Shown: positions 59,297-64,000 of the stretch, in pieces | Layout of the letters: every line of letters starts with the position of its first letter | Position numbering within the stretch: the first letter of the stretch is position 1 | DNA from: Lachnospiraceae bacterium UBA3820 | Lineage (GTDB): Bacteria; Bacillota; Clostridia; Lachnospirales; Lachnospiraceae | Reading direction: 5' to 3' | Length of the DNA: 64,000 nt | NCBI GenBank assembly: GCA_002369325.1 | Contig: DFDU01000046.1 | Span: 101-64,100 of the forward strand | Notes under the pieces: generated by a model | The model's input: only the letters and a program-made list of their open reading frames with translations | The model's database searches: none | What the model was told of the DNA's origin: nothing | Made by a program: the position numbers and the translations under genes

Positions 59297-60019
59297 CTAT
59301 AATATTCTTATTTTTCCTTTTTCATCTTTTACAGCTTCTTTTAATGAAATATAAAACCTAACCATCTTTTTATCTGGTTCATATAAAAAATAATCTTCAT
59401 TTTTTACATCTTCACCAATTATTTCTCCGTATGAAATTTTATACATCCTATTATAAAAAATAACTATATCATTTTTATTTATTCTCTTATTATTTGTATC
59501 AAAATATGGTGTACTTTCCTTATATTCAATATTATCTAACCATAAAACATTTTCCTTATAAACAAAATCAATTAATTCATATCCCAAAAGTCCTAACGTT
59601 ATAATGAATAAATACTTATTCTGTTTTATCAAACAATATGAATTTGAAATAACACACAATACTTCAATAATAAATCTAAAAAGTAATATTAATAATAAAA
59701 CAAAATAAGAAACATCATAAACAGTATAAAATAAACTAATAACTTTTTTAAATTCAAACCTAAAAAACAACATGTTTATTATTCCTATCGAAAAAATTAA
59801 TGCAAGTAAAATTTTCACAAAACATGGTACACCTGTATTAGCTAAATATATAATCTTATCAGACATAGTTATTTTAACATTTGTCAATTCTATTTTTATA
59901 TTATTTAATACAATTGACAAAAAACAAACTATATATAAAGCTTTTTTTAGTATTTTTTCTATATCATATATTCCTCCATCATATTTTAAACATTTAAAAA
60001 TTATATTAGACATTTTCAT
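59297..60019 (-). CDS. Hypothetical very AT-rich membrane protein (about 4 TM plus small soluble C-terminal domain)
   Basis: ORF with AGGAG RBS and hydrophobic segments. Confidence 0.75.
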   Translation of the reverse strand: MKMSNIIFKCLKYDGGIYDIEKILKKALYIVCFLSIVLNNIKIELTNVKITMSDKIIYLANTGVPCFVKILLALIFSIGIINMLFFRFEFKKVISLFYTVYDVSYFVLLLILLFRFIIEVLCVISNSYCLIKQNKYLFIITLGLLGYELIDFVYKENVLWLDNIEYKESTPYFDTNNKRINKNDIVIFYNRMYKISYGEIIGEDVKNEDYFLYEPDKKMVRFYISLKEAVKDEKGKIRIL

Positions 60020-60442
60020 ATATTACACTCCTTTCAAAATTATAAATATCTTATAAATTACAATTATCATTATTGACTCAAAAAAATCAATTATATCTAT
60101 ACAAATTTTATGCAGCCAGGAGGGTAAGTCTATATTGAACTGGGCTCATCCATCCTAATCTATCTATAATTAGTTGTAAGACTTTATAAATCACTCTATT
60201 TCAGATTTTAATTCCTCATAACTATAACAAACTACACCATATGATAAACATAATTCTAATAAAACCAACCTTAACAGTGTTACCTACCAACCTATGCAAT
60301 ACTTCATAAGTGTCAAACCGTACGCTTCCCATTAAAATACATCGCTGACTAGTGGTGCGGTTTCCGACATTCTTCTGGTATGTACCTTTTTATTAAATAT
60401 TTAACGGATAATTGTAGATTATCGGTTAATAAAGAAAGGACT

Positions 60443-61696
60443 ATGACAAAAATGTTTGTTATGAAACGCTTCCTAGGCGATGAGTATGATAAATATAATT
60501 CTATTATAGACAAGTACAATTTAGAACAAAACTCTTATATCAATCTTACAGCCTGTACCAGTTATCCGTTCCAAGAAGTTCTTGAGGTACAATCCATGCC
60601 ATTATCAACAATCCCAACCGAAGGTGTTCGAGGTAATAGATATTTTCCAAATGTAGAATCCATTGATGAAATTGAAGATTATGCTGAACAATTAGCACTT
60701 GATTTGTTTAACATACCCGACGCATCTTACAAAGTAAATATACAGCCAAATTCAGGAACTCAGGCAAATCAAATAATCTATAATGCTATTTTAAGCGATG
60801 GAGATACAGTTTTGTCATTAAATCCTAAAGATGGTGGGCATATCTCACATACGAAACTAGGCTCAAGGAATATTAACGTAGCTTATTATTCGTTAGACGA
60901 TGACTTGAATTTAGACTATTCTAATTTAGAAAAGGAAATTATATCTTTAAGCCCCAATTTGATTATTGTTGGTGCCTCTTCTTATATTAAAGAGTTCAAT
61001 TACAAAAAAATACATAGTATTACATCAAAATATGGCATACCATTGATGGCTGACATCTGTCATTCTGTATTATACATTATGGGGAATTGTCACTCGACCA
61101 TTTTTCCATATGTTGATTTTGCTACATTCACAATGGACAAATTACTTTGTGGTCCTCAAGGTGGTGTAATAGTATATAAGTCTAAATATGATAAGCAGAT
61201 AAACCTTTCTACATTCCCCAAAACACAAGGTGGTCCAAATCAATGTGGTATGTTTGCTAAGACAATGTGTTTTTTAAGGCTACATTCTATGGATATCAAT
61301 GCTTATGCTCAAAATGTAGTAAATAACACGAAAATTCTTATTAACGGATTTCAAGAAAATGGCATAGAAACAATTAATAAGGGGATAGCCCATAATCACA
61401 TTGTGTTAATTGATGTATCCTTATATGGTAAAACAGGAAGAGAAGCCGAAGGTTCACTGTTTAAAAACAACATACTCGTAAACAGAAATCAAATACCAAA
61501 TGACAAAAAGAACGCATTAACGACATCTGGAATCCGAATTGGAACTGTTCCCATCACAAACCTAGAATACTCAGAGAATGATATTTTATGCTTAAGTCAA
61601 TATCTTTCATCTATTATTATAGGAACCATCCCCAAAACGGATATATTATATTACCTACTTAAAAAATATCACAAAGGAATCAATATCTCCAGTTAG
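60443..61696 (+). CDS. Divergent serine hydroxymethyltransferase-like PLP enzyme
   Basis: NIQPNSGTQAN, GGHISH, ADICH, MDKLLCGPQGG (PLP lysine), QGGP, NRN, SGIRIGT; AAGGA RBS. Confidence 0.85.
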   Translation: MTKMFVMKRFLGDEYDKYNSIIDKYNLEQNSYINLTACTSYPFQEVLEVQSMPLSTIPTEGVRGNRYFPNVESIDEIEDYAEQLALDLFNIPDASYKVNIQPNSGTQANQIIYNAILSDGDTVLSLNPKDGGHISHTKLGSRNINVAYYSLDDDLNLDYSNLEKEIISLSPNLIIVGASSYIKEFNYKKIHSITSKYGIPLMADICHSVLYIMGNCHSTIFPYVDFATFTMDKLLCGPQGGVIVYKSKYDKQINLSTFPKTQGGPNQCGMFAKTMCFLRLHSMDINAYAQNVVNNTKILINGFQENGIETINKGIAHNHIVLIDVSLYGKTGREAEGSLFKNNILVNRNQIPNDKKNALTTSGIRIGTVPITNLEYSENDILCLSQYLSSIIIGTIPKTDILYYLLKKYHKGINISS

Positions 61697-63992
61697 GCGA
61701 TAGTCCAAGGCAAAAACTAATTGAATAACCATTTATTTGAAAGTGCTCAATAATATAATACTTGGTTCGTGAATCATTGTACTGATTAATATAGCGTTCA
61801 TAGGTTTGTAAAAGAGGTGTCGTATTTTCACATAATGCTCGTGCCAATTGTTTTGTATTATACATTAGCTGAAATTCATACCATGGATCTTCTATTATTT
61901 GATAATTATCTTTAAGATTCCGTAAAACAGCCAATCCCTCTTCTATTGTCATTTTTCCTAAACAAACCTCGGCAATCGTAAGATTATTGGTTAACATTAT
62001 TATATCTAATGGCAAACTCCGAGGGCACTCATTTAAAGCTCTTTTCGCATATTCGTAACCATTCAAGTAATCTTGCCTTAATAGGAAAAGAATACTTTTA
62101 TTACAATAAGGCTCAAATACTTCATTAGAATTAAGCTGTTCAAGAGTTGATATTGCATATTCTAAATTGTTTTCTGCTTCCGCATAGTCTCTATGCCAAA
62201 TATTTATTACAGACAAGTTATTATGTATTGTGGCTTCAGCAAACGGCGAGTTTCGCTTTTCTGTAAAATAATACAACGCTTCCAATAGGTTGTTTCGAGC
62301 AATTTCATATTTGAATAGATGAGCTGTATTTCTAAGGATAATATAATAATCTTCGTTTTTCTCGCAATCCTGAATCTTTGTATCTAATAAAGCTGCAGCC
62401 TCCTTGTCTCGACCCAAGTGTTGCAAAGAATTTAATTCACATAAAAGTTTTGCCGATGAATCTGGAATTTCGTGCAATTGGTTTATAGCCTCTTCAAATT
62501 CATATGTTTGTATCAAGAATTTAGAATTGTAAATTAAAAGCTTTTTATACAATCGGGTATCAGCTAGACGTATATTATTCAAAATATTTAATCCACTATT
62601 AAAATCAGAAACGCGTTGAAATGAGATGAGTATTTTTTCAACACAGTCCTCAGGAAGATAAATAATAACGTCAAATATTTTTTTGGCAATAAAGTCTATG
62701 TAATAATAGGCATTTTCCTTATACTTAATATTTATCAATTCCTGAACATAACTGGACTTCTCTTTCAATGTTTTTGTGGTATTTAGTCCAACCCAGCAAT
62801 GCAGAATGTATGAACAATCTCGACGTCCTCGAATTTCTTGTGCTAGTTTCTCCAATAGTTCTGATAGTGATGATTGAAATAATGCCAAATCCTGAAAGTC
62901 AATCGCATCTCTCACATTTCTTATTACAGTTTCGTGAGTTGGCTTCACTGAATCATGAGAATTGCTATTAATATATATGTAGCCCAGCTTAATTAATTCT
63001 ATAATAGCATTTTCGATCTTGCCACAGTCGTGCTCATTTAATATTTCACGAACAAAAGCGATCACATATTCTTCTTTCATGCCAGCCGGGAAAAGTGCAG
63101 CAATAATCAAAATACTTCGTTGAATATCATCTAAATTTCTTATTGCAATCTTATTACTTATAATATTGTAATTTGGATTTAGTCGAAGTTCATTAATGAT
63201 TATATCAATATCTTTTAAATTTCCTTTTGTAACATCCCAAAGTTTCCGCTTCTGCTGTTCATTAATTACAATACCCTGTTTTTTTATCAAATCATGAAAT
63301 TGTTCATACGAGATATAATCAATATCAATATATTCCTTTGAAAATGATGTGCAGAATGGATTTCTATGTTCAAAAGTATCTTCCACTCGATTAATGGTAA
63401 TCAAAGTTATACCTCGATCGAACTGATTCATCCCAATTTCAAAGGATTGTTTAATGGTATCTGGAAGAAATTGGTAATTATCAATTATTAGATGTATTCG
63501 AGCTCGTTTTGTGACAGTTTTAAAGTATTTGAAAAGTAAATTGTCAATAGAAGATGTATGCTCCTGAACCCACTTATCAATAAAACTTGATAATGAGCCT
63601 CCGACAGTCGGAACAGAAGCCAAGGACACTACTGAGGCATCTAATAGTTTTTGTATGCTGCGTTGTTTTTTGATTAATTTCTTTTCAAAATGTGAAAAAG
63701 ATGCATTTGCAGAAATATTGTTAATAGTGTCATATCGATGAGTTATTGGCATATACACATTTTCGAGAATCGATAAATAAAATGAGGTGGAAATATACTC
63801 ATCGTTTATCACATCAATATAAACAATAAAGGAATCAGCTTGACATATCCTATCTACTGTTTTTTTGATCAATTCTGTTTTTCCACTACCGCTTTTTCCG
63901 GATATTTCATAATATGCGCTATTTGTCACACATGAATGATGAAACATCCTTTCTATTTGCGAAATCTCATGCCTATCGGTGTATTTCAACAT
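61680..63992 (-). CDS. STAND-type NTPase with winged helix and C-terminal TPRs
   Basis: GKSGSGKT, LIIDN, TKGNL, LIKLGYI...HETV, TPR-like NNLSVI/YCNKSI. The frame stays open to the window edge. Confidence 0.8.
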   Translation of the reverse strand: MLKYTDRHEISQIERMFHHSCVTNSAYYEISGKSGSGKTELIKKTVDRICQADSFIVYIDVINDEYISTSFYLSILENVYMPITHRYDTINNISANASFSHFEKKLIKKQRSIQKLLDASVVSLASVPTVGGSLSSFIDKWVQEHTSSIDNLLFKYFKTVTKRARIHLIIDNYQFLPDTIKQSFEIGMNQFDRGITLITINRVEDTFEHRNPFCTSFSKEYIDIDYISYEQFHDLIKKQGIVINEQQKRKLWDVTKGNLKDIDIIINELRLNPNYNIISNKIAIRNLDDIQRSILIIAALFPAGMKEEYVIAFVREILNEHDCGKIENAIIELIKLGYIYINSNSHDSVKPTHETVIRNVRDAIDFQDLALFQSSLSELLEKLAQEIRGRRDCSYILHCWVGLNTTKTLKEKSSYVQELINIKYKENAYYYIDFIAKKIFDVIIYLPEDCVEKILISFQRVSDFNSGLNILNNIRLADTRLYKKLLIYNSKFLIQTYEFEEAINQLHEIPDSSAKLLCELNSLQHLGRDKEAAALLDTKIQDCEKNEDYYIILRNTAHLFKYEIARNNLLEALYYFTEKRNSPFAEATIHNNLSVINIWHRDYAEAENNLEYAISTLEQLNSNEVFEPYCNKSILFLLRQDYLNGYEYAKRALNECPRSLPLDIIMLTNNLTIAEVCLGKMTIEEGLAVLRNLKDNYQIIEDPWYEFQLMYNTKQLARALCENTTPLLQTYERYINQYNDSRTKYYIIEHFQINGYSISFCLGLSPNWRY

Positions 63993-64000
63993 ATTAGTAA

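Larger units (their letters stand above)
54600..64000. mobile_element. AT-rich accessory island (decayed mobilizable element or defence hotspot); right boundary outside the window
   Basis: Visible drop in GC (not computed), relaxase remnant, clustered ATPase/nuclease genes, orphan genes. Confidence 0.55.

Noticed and set aside
60100-60380. Slightly GC-richer patches as an ncRNA or gene remnant
   Set aside because: No convincing structure or recognisable translation was found by eye.

Overview
AT-rich Firmicute chromosome segment. Gene families and protein sequences look Lachnospiraceae/Eubacterium-like, which is an inference. Nearly all genes are on the minus strand. Positions 1-54.5 kb are mostly backbone: 5' part of uvrC, a MutS-related protein, cell-wall hydrolases, DegV, clpB, a YtrA-type GntR/ABC operon, three separate MoxR/AAA+ modules, an MCP, aroA, queA, pheST and malic enzyme. 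Embedded in the backbone are an Rpn-family nuclease with a likely internal antitoxin start and a Wadjet type III-like jetABC (MukFEB-like SMC) operon with no jetD nuclease, followed directly by a radical SAM gene. From about 54.6 kb the DNA is visibly more AT-rich and island-like. It holds three AAA_14/DUF4143 ATPases, each with its own upstream palindromes, a decayed relaxase fragment, an orphan membrane protein, and a divergent SHMT-like PLP enzyme overlapping tail-to-tail with a STAND NTPase-TPR gene. That last pair is the best candidate for an undescribed system. Five intergenic regions carry structured palindromic elements sharing GNA-loop/tandem-GA mini-hairpins; two of them have a near-identical core inside unrelated outer stems. 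No rRNA, tRNA or CRISPR array was seen. All calls come from reading the sequence; no searches were run.
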